Shown: piece by piece, positions 30,312 through 39,282 of the stretch | Numbering within the stretch: position 1 is the first letter of the stretch | How the letters are laid out: each line of letters opens with the position of its first letter | DNA from: an uncultured delta proteobacterium | GTDB taxonomy: Bacteria > Desulfobacterota > Binatia > UBA9968 | Assembly: GCA_963737905.1 (NCBI GenBank) | Contig: CAVTUQ010000002.1 | Location: forward strand, 448,001 to 512,000 | Reading direction: 5' to 3' | Length of the DNA: 64,000 nucleotides | The notes under the pieces: model-generated | Databases searched by the model: none | What the model was told of the DNA's origin: nothing | Seen by the model: only the letters and a program-made list of their open reading frames with translations | Translations under genes and position numbers: made by a program

Positions 30312-30902
30312 TCATGTCTTGGGGGCAAGTTGAGCTAACTCCAAGACTTCCATGATTTGGCTGTTCCACTTGATCCAGCCGAACAGTTGAACTCTGGTGC
30401 CCGCCGCCGGTAAGCCATTGCTTCGTGGTTGGTTGACACGACACCACAGCTCTCGTTGATCTTCCAACCCGACGCAAAAAAATCCAGTGTCAGGATCAAT
30501 TTCCTTCAGTTCGCCCTCATAAGAGACAGCCAGGCCGAATCGGCGCCAGAGCAATTTGAGATAGAGATCTGGCGCGTTATCGGCCGCCACTGCGGCGCCG
30601 CCGGCCGCATCTGTGTCGGTGGCTAACCAATAGCCTTGATTTCGATCGACTATGACCAAGGTCTCCCGTGGCAGGCCGACGCCGTTGTACACTAGTGCAC
30701 CGGCAAAATTCAATTTTTTGAGATAGGCGACATCGTGAATCTGTTCGACGACCAGATCGAGGCTGCCGCGGCCGCGCCGCCCGGCCAGGAGGCGCAATCC
30801 GTCGAGCAGGGGTTCCGGCAATGGCTTATTGAAATAGGCGATCGTGTGGTCGGCCGATTCCAATCTGGCAACGAGGTCGCTTAGCGATATTCGCGGATTC
30901 AT
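30312..30902 (-). CDS. Hypothetical protein (possible degenerate PLD-like domain plus OB-like C-terminus)
   Basis: Clean 196-aa ORF; fold guess from pattern only. Confidence 0.55.
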   Translation of the reverse strand: MNPRISLSDLVARLESADHTIAYFNKPLPEPLLDGLRLLAGRRGRGSLDLVVEQIHDVAYLKKLNFAGALVYNGVGLPRETLVIVDRNQGYWLATDTDAAGGAAVAADNAPDLYLKLLWRRFGLAVSYEGELKEIDPDTGFFCVGLEDQRELWCRVNQPRSNGLPAAGTRVQLFGWIKWNSQIMEVLELAQLAPKT

Positions 30903-31104
30903 CTTGGTTCGGTCTAATATTGCAATTGTAGCGGTCAGTTGAAACAACCTGTGAAGGAATTCAAGCCGCGCAGCGGCATCGATGCTCGCCAGCGCGGATA
31001 GTCGCTGCATGTCTATAAGGTCAGCAGAGGGGGCAGACTCAACCTGACCCTCAGCGGCTCTTTCTACAATCGGAAAAGCGGACTCCAGAAGTGATCTTTA
31101 GAGA

Positions 31105-31800
31105 TCAGAAGAACGCATCCTGTCTGTTGCCGTTCCTGAGACGAGGATGATAATTGTAGCGTGAAATCACGTCGATAAACGCTTGCGGAGAAGAAACCGC
31201 TTTCTGAAGCAGGTCATTCTTCATCAGTGATATGAATAGGGCGCAGGAACGTGCTTGGCAATTGATGGATTTGCTCGGATTGAATTCAATATCAGTAAAT
31301 CCTGCGTACCTATACAGGCGCTCCAGCCACTCGCGATGCGGATAGATCGCGGTAACGTAGAGCCAATCGTAAAAAATTGTCTTGGGCTCCAGGGGAAGGG
31401 AATAACCGTTGAACCTGAAGCCGATGAGCCGGCCAGATTCTTGCAGGCGAGGATCACGCTTTGCAATTCTCCCTTCAGCCGTGTAGAGATCCGTATACGG
31501 TCCGCCCCTCTCAAACACTTTGCTTCCTTGAAAGGCTGCTTCCAGCCGTATTTCTCCAATGTTTTCTGCGCGCACTTTGAGATGAAAAGCGCTTAAGTGC
31601 TGTCCTATCTTCTCCTCTGATTTTGAGGAGATTTCCAAAAGTAAGGAATATCCAGCACGAGCCGCAGCCTGATGCAGCGTTACGATATTCTTCTTTTTCT
31701 GGGTCGGAGAGAATCCTGAGTGCCAGGTGATATCGAAATACAGCTCCTTGACCAGCTCTTTACTCCCGCTAACCGGCACGAAGATTGGGCGTTCAGCCAT
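31105..31800 (-). CDS. DarT1-associated NADAR antitoxin (DarG1-like)
   Basis: MAERPIFVP, LEISSKS, LSAF, EAAFQGSKVF NADAR motif, FTDIEFNP.KSINCQARS; overlaps darT. Confidence 0.85.
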   Translation of the reverse strand: MAERPIFVPVSGSKELVKELYFDITWHSGFSPTQKKKNIVTLHQAAARAGYSLLLEISSKSEEKIGQHLSAFHLKVRAENIGEIRLEAAFQGSKVFERGGPYTDLYTAEGRIAKRDPRLQESGRLIGFRFNGYSLPLEPKTIFYDWLYVTAIYPHREWLERLYRYAGFTDIEFNPSKSINCQARSCALFISLMKNDLLQKAVSSPQAFIDVISRYNYHPRLRNGNRQDAFF

Positions 31801-32311
31801 TTGGCAGGTTCCTGATCATCTTCAACGGGATTTTTTTCGGCACTAAAATCTCGTATTTTTCGGCCTGCTGCAGGCGGGTTTGGATCTTCGTGTCGGACCA
31901 GTTCGTGCGAGTATAGAGCACTTCGAAGTCGATAATCTTGGCCGCTTCCTCGATAGTATAGGTTTCGACTCCCCCTTTGTTTGCTACGTCGTCTGTAAAG
32001 AGAACGCCGTCCCAAGTCAGCACGTCGGGATGAATTTGCAAGAAAATTGTGTCTCCGATCCGCCCTTCCTGACGAGCCAGGTATTCCATGGGATGGTTGT
32101 TGCGGAAGCAGAGGTGCACATACCTGTCCATGCCTTTCATACCATCGGCGTCCTGACGCCATTCATTGCCACCTGGCCCAACTATATCGATGCTCTTCTT
32201 CTTGAGTCTTACCATCGGATACAAACCGCCGTGGTCCCTGATCGAGGGTAGATTACGACGATCCGTGAAATGGAAGAGCAACGGAATGCAATCTGAAGAC
32301 GGCCAAGGCAC
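31793..32311 (-). CDS. darT: DarT (DUF4433) DNA ADP-ribosyltransferase toxin
   Basis: FHFTDRRNLPSI..GGL, YVHLCF..NHPMEY, FTDDVAN, C-terminal catalytic YEILVP. Confidence 0.88.
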   Translation of the reverse strand: MPWPSSDCIPLLFHFTDRRNLPSIRDHGGLYPMVRLKKKSIDIVGPGGNEWRQDADGMKGMDRYVHLCFRNNHPMEYLARQEGRIGDTIFLQIHPDVLTWDGVLFTDDVANKGGVETYTIEEAAKIIDFEVLYTRTNWSDTKIQTRLQQAEKYEILVPKKIPLKMIRNLPNG

Positions 32312-32979
32312 TCAACCTAACGATCCCTCAGTCGGTCCTGTTCCGGGCGGACAAGGTAATCAGATGACAGAAATCAGCGGTCAGAGGTCAGTGGTTCAGA
32401 AATCAGAGGGCAGTACTATGAGCGGAGATGCTAGGCGCACGGAGCGTTTTCAGTGCGTGCCGTTTGCCACGGTAGTGAAACCGATCTCTGATCGCCGACT
32501 TCTGATCTTTGGTTTATGCGCTATGCTCTTGGCGCTTTGCTCAGTCGTTCAGGCGCAGCAGCCGAAGAAAGTCCCACGCATAGGTTTCGTGTCATCAAGT
32601 GGCGCCCCTAACAATTTCGGACCCTTGGTTGAAGCATTCCGGCGAGGGTTGCAAGACCTCGGATATGTCGAGGGAAAAAACATCCTGGTTGAGTATCGCT
32701 ACATTGAGGGAAACCCGGATCGTATCCCAGGCTTAGTGGCCGAACTCATGCAACTCAAGGTGGATGTTCTTGTCGCCACCGCTCCACCTGCGATCCGCGA
32801 AGCTAAGCAGGCGAGCAAGACGATGCCCATCGTCATGGTGACAACTCAGGATCCAGTTGCCACTGGTGTAGTCGATAGCTTAGCGCGCCCGGGCGGAAAC
32901 ATCACCGGGCCCCTAATGTCAGGATAGATGTCGCGTGAAGCAAGAGCGGAAAAGTGGGGCGAGAGAGAAGAAGAAGCAA

Positions 32980-33477
32980 GTGAGTCAACAAAGGAGCGAG
33001 GAGTTTAGAAGAGCGGCAGTGGAAAAGTTTCAGAATCGAGGATCGCGGTCGGTGGAAGAAGTGGGGCGAGTGCTGGGAGTATCGAGCTGGTCGCTTTATC
33101 AATGGAGCAAGCGCTATGGTAAGACGGAGGTGATGAAAGCCCATCGCAGACCGGGAGATCGAAGCGTGCAAGAGAAACTGAGAGCAGTGATCGAGTTCGA
33201 AGGACTGGAGGTAGAAGAGCAGGGTGAGTACTTGCGGCGGGAAGGGCTCCATAGCGAACATATCGCGGGATGGAAGAAGAGCATGGAGGTGGGGCTGGAA
33301 TCGGGGGGCGGTGGATTAACGGCGGCCAATCGCAGCGAATGGGCGGCGGACAAGAAAAAGATCAAGGAGTTGGAGAGAGATCTTTCTCGCAAGGAAAAGG
33401 CGTTGGCGGAGACGACGGCGTTGTTGGTGCTGAAAAAAAAAGCAGACTTGATCTGGGGCAGCGGAGAGGAGCAGTGA
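32980..33477 (+). CDS. IS transposase OrfA (HTH)
   Basis: SEEFRRAAVEK, LGVSSWSLYQW, ALAETTALLVLKKK; A9G slippery run at 33433-33442. Confidence 0.85.
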   Translation: MSQQRSEEFRRAAVEKFQNRGSRSVEEVGRVLGVSSWSLYQWSKRYGKTEVMKAHRRPGDRSVQEKLRAVIEFEGLEVEEQGEYLRREGLHSEHIAGWKKSMEVGLESGGGGLTAANRSEWAADKKKIKELERDLSRKEKALAETTALLVLKKKADLIWGSGEEQ

Positions 33478-34757
33478 GCGTGGAAGATCGCGGTCGCTGT
33501 ATAGAGCTGATCGAGCAAGCCAGGGCCAGTGGCGCGGGGCGGGTGGCTTCTTGCGAAGTGCTGGAGGTGAGTCTACGGACGGTGGAGCGCTGGGAGAAAG
33601 ATCCTGACCCGGGCGATCAGCGACGGGGGCCGAAGAGCGTGTGTGGGCATGCGCTGAGCGAGAAAGAGAAACAAGCCATTGTGGAAGTGTCCAATAGCCC
33701 AGCGTATCGCGATCTGTCGCCGTGGCAGATGGTGGCGCGGTTAGCCGACGCTGGGCAGTATCTGGGATCGGAGAGCAGTTTTTACCGGGTGTTAAAACAA
33801 AACCAGTTGCTGTCGCACCGTCAAAACAGTAAGCCGCGCGTTTGGCGCCGGCCCAAGGATTTGCTAGCGCGCCATCCCAACGAGGTGTGGAGCTGGGACA
33901 TCACGTATCTGAACAGCCCGGTGCGCGGGGCCTATTATTATTTGTACTTGGTCGAAGACATTTTCAGCCGGATGATCGTGGGCTGGACCGTTGAAGAACT
34001 GGAGAGCGCCGAACATGGAGCACGGTTGATCGATCGGATCTGTCAAGAGCAAGGGATTGCCAGAGGGCAGCTGACGTTACATTCGGACAATGGCGCCCCG
34101 ATGAAAGGGGCCACCTTGTTGGCGACTCTGGAGCGGCTGGGAGTGGCGGCGTCTTTTAGTCGTCCCGCGGTGAGCGATGACAACCCATATTCTGAATCGC
34201 TGTTCAAAACCCTGAAGTACCGTCCCTCCTATCCCGACAGCGCCTTTAGCGGGATCGATCAAGCCCGACAGTGGGTGGGTGGTTTTGTGCAGTGGTACAA
34301 CACTGAGCATCTTCATAGCGCGATTCGTTTTGTCACGCCCAGCTCTCGACACCTGGGATTGGACAAAGCGATTCTAGCCAAGCGTGTGGCGGTGTATGAA
34401 AAGGCCAAGCAGTTAAACCCGCTGCGCTGGTCGGGGCAGACGCGCAACTGGGTGCCGATCATCGAAGTGTGTCTCAATCCTAAAAAGCACAACAGCGAAA
34501 CCGACGAGGAACTATCCCTCGATCCTGCCTCGCCAACAATCTCGGTCATGAGTGAGGCCCTCAAGCAATTTTCCGATATCGACTGGGTCGGCCCGAAAAA
34601 CGACTTCCATAAATGCCCTATAACGAACGCTGGCGATGTGGGTGAGGGTGTACCTAGGGTCAAAAATCAGCCGAGCGATGATACACCATCGCTCTTGGAC
34701 TCCGGGCTTCGTTTCACAGTGAACAGTCATTGTCCAACGTCAGAGAATCTCAATTGA
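33474..34757 (+). CDS. IS transposase OrfB (DDE integrase core)
   Basis: WSWDITY, HSDNG, DNPYSESLFKTLK, WYNTEHLHS. Confidence 0.92.
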   Translation: MSVEDRGRCIELIEQARASGAGRVASCEVLEVSLRTVERWEKDPDPGDQRRGPKSVCGHALSEKEKQAIVEVSNSPAYRDLSPWQMVARLADAGQYLGSESSFYRVLKQNQLLSHRQNSKPRVWRRPKDLLARHPNEVWSWDITYLNSPVRGAYYYLYLVEDIFSRMIVGWTVEELESAEHGARLIDRICQEQGIARGQLTLHSDNGAPMKGATLLATLERLGVAASFSRPAVSDDNPYSESLFKTLKYRPSYPDSAFSGIDQARQWVGGFVQWYNTEHLHSAIRFVTPSSRHLGLDKAILAKRVAVYEKAKQLNPLRWSGQTRNWVPIIEVCLNPKKHNSETDEELSLDPASPTISVMSEALKQFSDIDWVGPKNDFHKCPITNAGDVGEGVPRVKNQPSDDTPSLLDSGLRFTVNSHCPTSENLN

Positions 34758-35410
34758 ACAATCAATGCGACATCTATCTTGAAATTTTTCGCCGGGCTAA
34801 CTCAACTCACGCAAGACTTAAGTGGAAAACGTCTCGAGTTGCTCAAGGAAGTGATCCCGAGTATATCACGCGTTGGAGTTCTCACAGTGGCGGCCCCTAC
34901 AGGCCTGGGAGGTGCGCAAAAAGAGTATGAGGTTGCAGCAAACGCACTAAAAATACCGATACAAACCCTACAGGTAATACGAGATCCGAACCCTGATTTG
35001 GAAGGCGCATTTCGAGAGGCGCGCAAGGGACGCGTGAGCGCGCTCATAGTGACCAGAAACGCCGTGCTCACACCCCACACAAAAAAGATTGTGGACCTTG
35101 CCATAAAGAACCGATTGCCTTCAATGCACGAGGTAAGTGATCGCGTAGAAGCCGGCGGTCTCATGTCCTATGGAGCCAACGATGGTGAAATTTACCGCCG
35201 TGCGGCTGTGTACGTCGACAAAATTCTTAAAGGCGCCAAGCCCGCTGATCTACCCGTCGAACAGCCGACGAAGTTCGAACTTGTTTTCAATCTCAAGACC
35301 GCCAAGCAAATCGGCCTGACGATTCCACCAAATGTGTTGGCGAGAGCAGATAAGGTAATCAGATAGCCGCGAGGGGTGAAACGTCAGGAGTGAGGCGTAA
35401 GACGAAAACA

Positions 35411-36400
35411 ATGAGAAAAAACATTTTTGGTGTAGCTCTTTACGTTCTACTCTTGCCGCTTTGCTTTTCCGCTGAGGCGCAGCAGCCAACGAAACTCCCT
35501 CGCATCGGATACCTTTCCGGCACCGGCGACAGCACGAACCCAGGACCTTACATTGAAGCGCTGCGGCAAGGGCTGAAGGCTCTCGGTTACGTCGATGGCA
35601 AAAACGTTACTATCGAATATCGCGGCGCTGGAGGTGAGTTGGGGCGAACGAGGGAATTCATTGCCGAGTTGATTGGCCTCAAGGTTGACGTGCTTATCCT
35701 GCCAACGCCGGAAGCAATCCGTGCCGCCAAGCAGGCTACTAAGACTATTCCAATCGTCATCGTGACTGGTGGTGACCCGGTCGCTAATGGATTCATCGAC
35801 AGTTTGGCGCATCCCGGCGGCAATATAACCGGCCTTTACACGCAGAGCGTCGAGTTAAATGGCAAACGACTCGAGCTGCTCAAGGAAGTGGTGCCGCAGT
35901 TGACCCGCGTCGGCCTGCTGCGCAATCCCAATACGGCGCCCGCCGCGACTGTATTCAAAGAATATGAAACCGCGGCGCATGCGTTGAAGTTGCAGATTCA
36001 CTCACTGGACGTCGGTGGCGACAAGCCGGATCTGCCTAGAGCGTTCCAGGCTGCGGTAAAGGCGCGTGTTCAAGCTATCGTTACGGTGACCAATGCGCAG
36101 CTCCTGCTCCGACAAGCGCGCATCGTTGAACTGGCGCTCAAACATCGTCTGCCGTCGCTTTTTCAATCCAGCAGTTGGGTCGAGGCTGGCGGATTCATGT
36201 CCTACTCGACCAATGAGATCGACGTCTTTCGCCGCGCTGCTAGCTACGTGCATAAGATACTAAACGGTACCAAGCCTGCCGATCTCCCGGTAGAGCAACC
36301 GACGAAGTTTGAATTTGTCATCAATCTGAAGACCGCCAAGCAAATCGGCCTGACGATTCCGCAGTGGGTTCTAACGCGGGCGGACAGGGTGATTCGGTGA
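35411..36400 (+). CDS. ABC_sub_bind-type substrate-binding protein copy 2
   Basis: AEAQQP, PRIGYL, SLAHPGGNITG, KRLELLKE, KPADLPVEQPTKFE..NLKTAK. Confidence 0.92.
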   Translation: MRKNIFGVALYVLLLPLCFSAEAQQPTKLPRIGYLSGTGDSTNPGPYIEALRQGLKALGYVDGKNVTIEYRGAGGELGRTREFIAELIGLKVDVLILPTPEAIRAAKQATKTIPIVIVTGGDPVANGFIDSLAHPGGNITGLYTQSVELNGKRLELLKEVVPQLTRVGLLRNPNTAPAATVFKEYETAAHALKLQIHSLDVGGDKPDLPRAFQAAVKARVQAIVTVTNAQLLLRQARIVELALKHRLPSLFQSSSWVEAGGFMSYSTNEIDVFRRAASYVHKILNGTKPADLPVEQPTKFEFVINLKTAKQIGLTIPQWVLTRADRVIR

Positions 36401-36446
36401 AAGAGCGCAAAGTGCTTGGAGCAAAGGGCAAAACGGGAGGGAACTC

Positions 36447-37424
36447 ATGCGAAAGGGACTCTTTGGGTTTACGTTTAGCGCTATGCTCTTGGCGCTTTGC
36501 TCGTTCGCTGAGGCGCAGCAGCCGAAGAAAATGCCTCGGATCGGATATGTGTCCGTGAGCGGCAATGCCAAAAACCCTGGAAGGTTCGTCGAGGCATTTC
36601 GCCAAGGGCTTCGGGACATCGGGTACATAGAAGGGAAAAACATCGCGGTCGAATACCGCTATCCCGGATCACAGCCAGAACTCGTGCCTGGTTTCGTGGC
36701 CGAGTTGGTGCAACTCAAGGTGGACATCCTGGTCAGCTCGAGCACAGGGGCGCTTAAGGCAGCCAAGGAAGCGACAAAAACTATCCCGATTGTCATGATT
36801 ACTTCGCAAGACCCGGTCGCCACCGGAATGGTCGAGAGCTTGGCGCAGCCGGGTGCAAATATCACTGGGGTCACGAGACTTACCCACGAGCTAAGTGGGA
36901 AACGGCTGGAACTGTTCAAGGAAGTCGTCCCCCAGATCTCACGCGTCGGAATCCTCGCGGGAACAGGATCGAACAGTTTGCCGGCATACGAGCCCGTGGC
37001 GAACGCCCTTAAGATCTCCCTTGACTTGTTCGAGGTAGGCGATCCGAGCGTGGATTTGGCAGGCGCTTTTCAAACCATACTCAAAAAGCGTGTGAATGGG
37101 CTGATCACGGTCGGCAGTCGCCGGATCAATCCTGGCAGAAAGCAAATCCTGGAGTTTGTCGCGAAGAACCGCTTGCCTTCGATGTTTGAAGTCAGCAGCT
37201 GGGTAGATTCCGGTGGACTCGTGTCTTATTCAGCTGACGATCTAGCCGCGTTTAGCCGTGCCGCCGTTTTCGTCGACAAGATATTGAAAGGAACGAAGCC
37301 CGCCGACTTACCCGTAGAACAGGCGCAAAAATTTGAGTTTGTGATCAATCTGAAAACCGCGAAAGCACTCAATCTAACAATCCCGCAGTCAGTGCTGTTC
37401 CGGGCGGATAGGGTGATCAAGTAG
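36447..37424 (+). CDS. ABC_sub_bind-type substrate-binding protein copy 3
   Basis: Same motifs; RBS GGAGG. Confidence 0.92.
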   Translation: MRKGLFGFTFSAMLLALCSFAEAQQPKKMPRIGYVSVSGNAKNPGRFVEAFRQGLRDIGYIEGKNIAVEYRYPGSQPELVPGFVAELVQLKVDILVSSSTGALKAAKEATKTIPIVMITSQDPVATGMVESLAQPGANITGVTRLTHELSGKRLELFKEVVPQISRVGILAGTGSNSLPAYEPVANALKISLDLFEVGDPSVDLAGAFQTILKKRVNGLITVGSRRINPGRKQILEFVAKNRLPSMFEVSSWVDSGGLVSYSADDLAAFSRAAVFVDKILKGTKPADLPVEQAQKFEFVINLKTAKALNLTIPQSVLFRADRVIK

Positions 37425-37462
37425 GCGTGAGCCGTGAGGCGGCAGGAGCAGGAGTGAAATTC

Positions 37463-38445
37463 ATGAAGAAACTTCTTGTCTGGTTACTGGCACCTTTCTT
37501 TGTGGCAACTATTTCTTCGACTGAAGCTCAGGAGGCGGTAAAAATGCCACGGATAGGATTTATGACTGCGACTGGCGATGCCAAGACGCCTGGGCCTCAG
37601 GTCGAGGGATTCCGGCAAGGGCTGAAGGAGCTCGGTTATATCGAGGGGAAAAACTGCGTGGTTGAGTATCGCTACGAGTCATACGGGAGGGGCCACCGGG
37701 AACTCGTGGCCGAACTCCTGCAACTCAAGGTCGGCGTGCTTGTCGTTGGATCTCTACCAGCAATTCGTGCAGCCAAGGCGGCGACCAAAACGGTTCCCAT
37801 TGTCATAGTGACAGTTCAAGATCCCGTTGCGTCTGGGTATATCGACAGCTTGGCGCATCCCGGCGGGAATATTCGGGGCTCACCAGACTCACTCGAGAAT
37901 TGAGCGGAAAACGGCTGGAATTGCTTGCGGAGGTGGTGCCAAGGATATCGCGCGTCGGGGTCCTTTGGGATGCGGGCGGTCAAAGCGCGGCTATTGGTTT
38001 TAAAGAGTATGAGGCCGCGGCGCGCGCTCTAAAGATACCGCTTCAATCGCTAGGAGTGCGCAAGCCGAACCCCGATTTTGAAGGCGTATTTCGAGCCGCG
38101 GTGAAGGGGCGCACGAACGCGCTCATCATGATTAGAAATCCCTTGCTCACTAGTAACCAAAAGCAGATCGCCAATCTTGCCATAGAGAACCGTTTACCTT
38201 CAATGAACGAGACAAGTGACTTTGTTGAGGCCGGTGGCTTAGCGTCCTATTCAGCAAACGATGCCGATCAGTTCAGGCGCGCCGCATACTACGTCGACAA
38301 AATTCTCAAAGGAACCAAGCCTGCTGACTTGCCCGTAGAGCAGCCGACGAAGTTTGAGTTTGTCGTCAACTTGAAAACTGCCAAGCAGATCGGATTAATC
38401 GTTCCACCCAATGTTTTGGCTAGAGCAGATCGAGTTATCCGATGA
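37463..38445 (+). CDS. ABC_sub_bind-type substrate-binding protein copy 4 (1-bp frameshift near 37874)
   Basis: GGNI/(T)GLTRLTRELSGKRLELL split over two frames. Confidence 0.85.
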
Positions 38446-38474
38446 TCCGCCAATCTAAAATTACAGATTGTGAG

Positions 38475-38522
38475 GCGATCCCGCCGAAAGGCCTGGCGCA
38501 AGCGGACAGGGTGATTCGGTGA
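38475..38522 (+). pseudogene. 3' remnant of a fifth binding-protein copy
   Basis: Encodes AIPPKGLAQADRVIR-stop; last 21 bp identical to the end of copy 2. Confidence 0.8.
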
Positions 38523-38533
38523 GCGGTGAGGAC

Positions 38534-39103
38534 TCAAGCCCAGAGATCCGAGAGCTGAATAGAAAGACCGGGAAAAAGCGATGGAACAAACGCCTCAGCG
38601 TCTCGGGCGCCAGCGGCCAAGTCATAGTGGTCTATGGCTAACTCATAAGCCTCGATGGTCCGTTGATCAGGATCTAGAAGCCAGTAGTGGGGAACCTGAT
38701 GCTTGGCGTATAGCTGGGCCTTGGTCAGGCGGTCGGTGCGGTGAGTACTTGGTGAAAGAATCTCGATGAGGAGAGTTGGAGACCCTTCGATGGCCCTCTC
38801 CGTAATAATATGACGGCGATCGTTACCAACGAAGATGAGATCCGGTTGCACGACTGTCGTGGGAGCAAGAATCAGGTCAGTAGGCGCCGCATAGATGTCG
38901 CCAAGCCGGTTGGCCACAATATGGTTGGCAAGAATCCGGTGAAGGTGGCTAGAAATACTCTGATGTTTTGTACGCGGCGCCGGCGTCACGGAAAGCTCTC
39001 CATCGAGGATCTCGTAACGGTTGCGGTCATTGGGCAAGAGACAATAGTCGTCATACGTGAGGACGATCTTACCCTGAGGGATACTTTGAGTAAAAGTAGA
39101 CAC
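38534..39103 (-). CDS. Uma2 family endonuclease
   Basis: TYDDY, RYEILDGEL..TPAP..HQ, VQPDL, EILSPST, YWLLDP. Confidence 0.92.
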   Translation of the reverse strand: MSTFTQSIPQGKIVLTYDDYCLLPNDRNRYEILDGELSVTPAPRTKHQSISSHLHRILANHIVANRLGDIYAAPTDLILAPTTVVQPDLIFVGNDRRHIITERAIEGSPTLLIEILSPSTHRTDRLTKAQLYAKHQVPHYWLLDPDQRTIEAYELAIDHYDLAAGARDAEAFVPSLFPGLSIQLSDLWA

Positions 39104-39282
39104 AGCGGAAGCTCTTTGAAAGTGTCCTTTCGACTTCTCACTAAGCAGGTTGTAGCAACTCGATTTGCTTGTCAAGCACGGGTGATCTGACCTGCGTGTG
39201 GTGCTTATGATGAACATCCGAGCAGTCTTGCTCTGCGGTGCGACTCTTCAAGTCTTCCTCCAGGTAAAGGTTTATCCCATAT

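Larger units (their letters stand above)
32910..34791 (+). mobile_element. IS3-like insertion sequence with subterminal IRs and 5-6 bp target duplication
   Basis: IR TGTCAGGATAGATGTCGC vs TTTCAAGATAGATGTCGC (reverse complement), each ~7 bp inside the ends; CCGGG(C) repeated at 32905 and 34792. Confidence 0.9.
32418..35366 (+). pseudogene. ABC_sub_bind-type substrate-binding protein copy 1, split by IS
   Basis: 5' part 32418-32910 ends GGNITG; 3' part from 34792 LTQLTQDLSGKRLELL...ADKVIR; the frame restores on IS removal. Confidence 0.9.

Noticed and set aside
32418-38522. Integron or diversity-generating retroelement as the driver of the array
   Set aside because: No integrase, attC-like sites, reverse transcriptase or adenine-specific template/variable repeat pair visible
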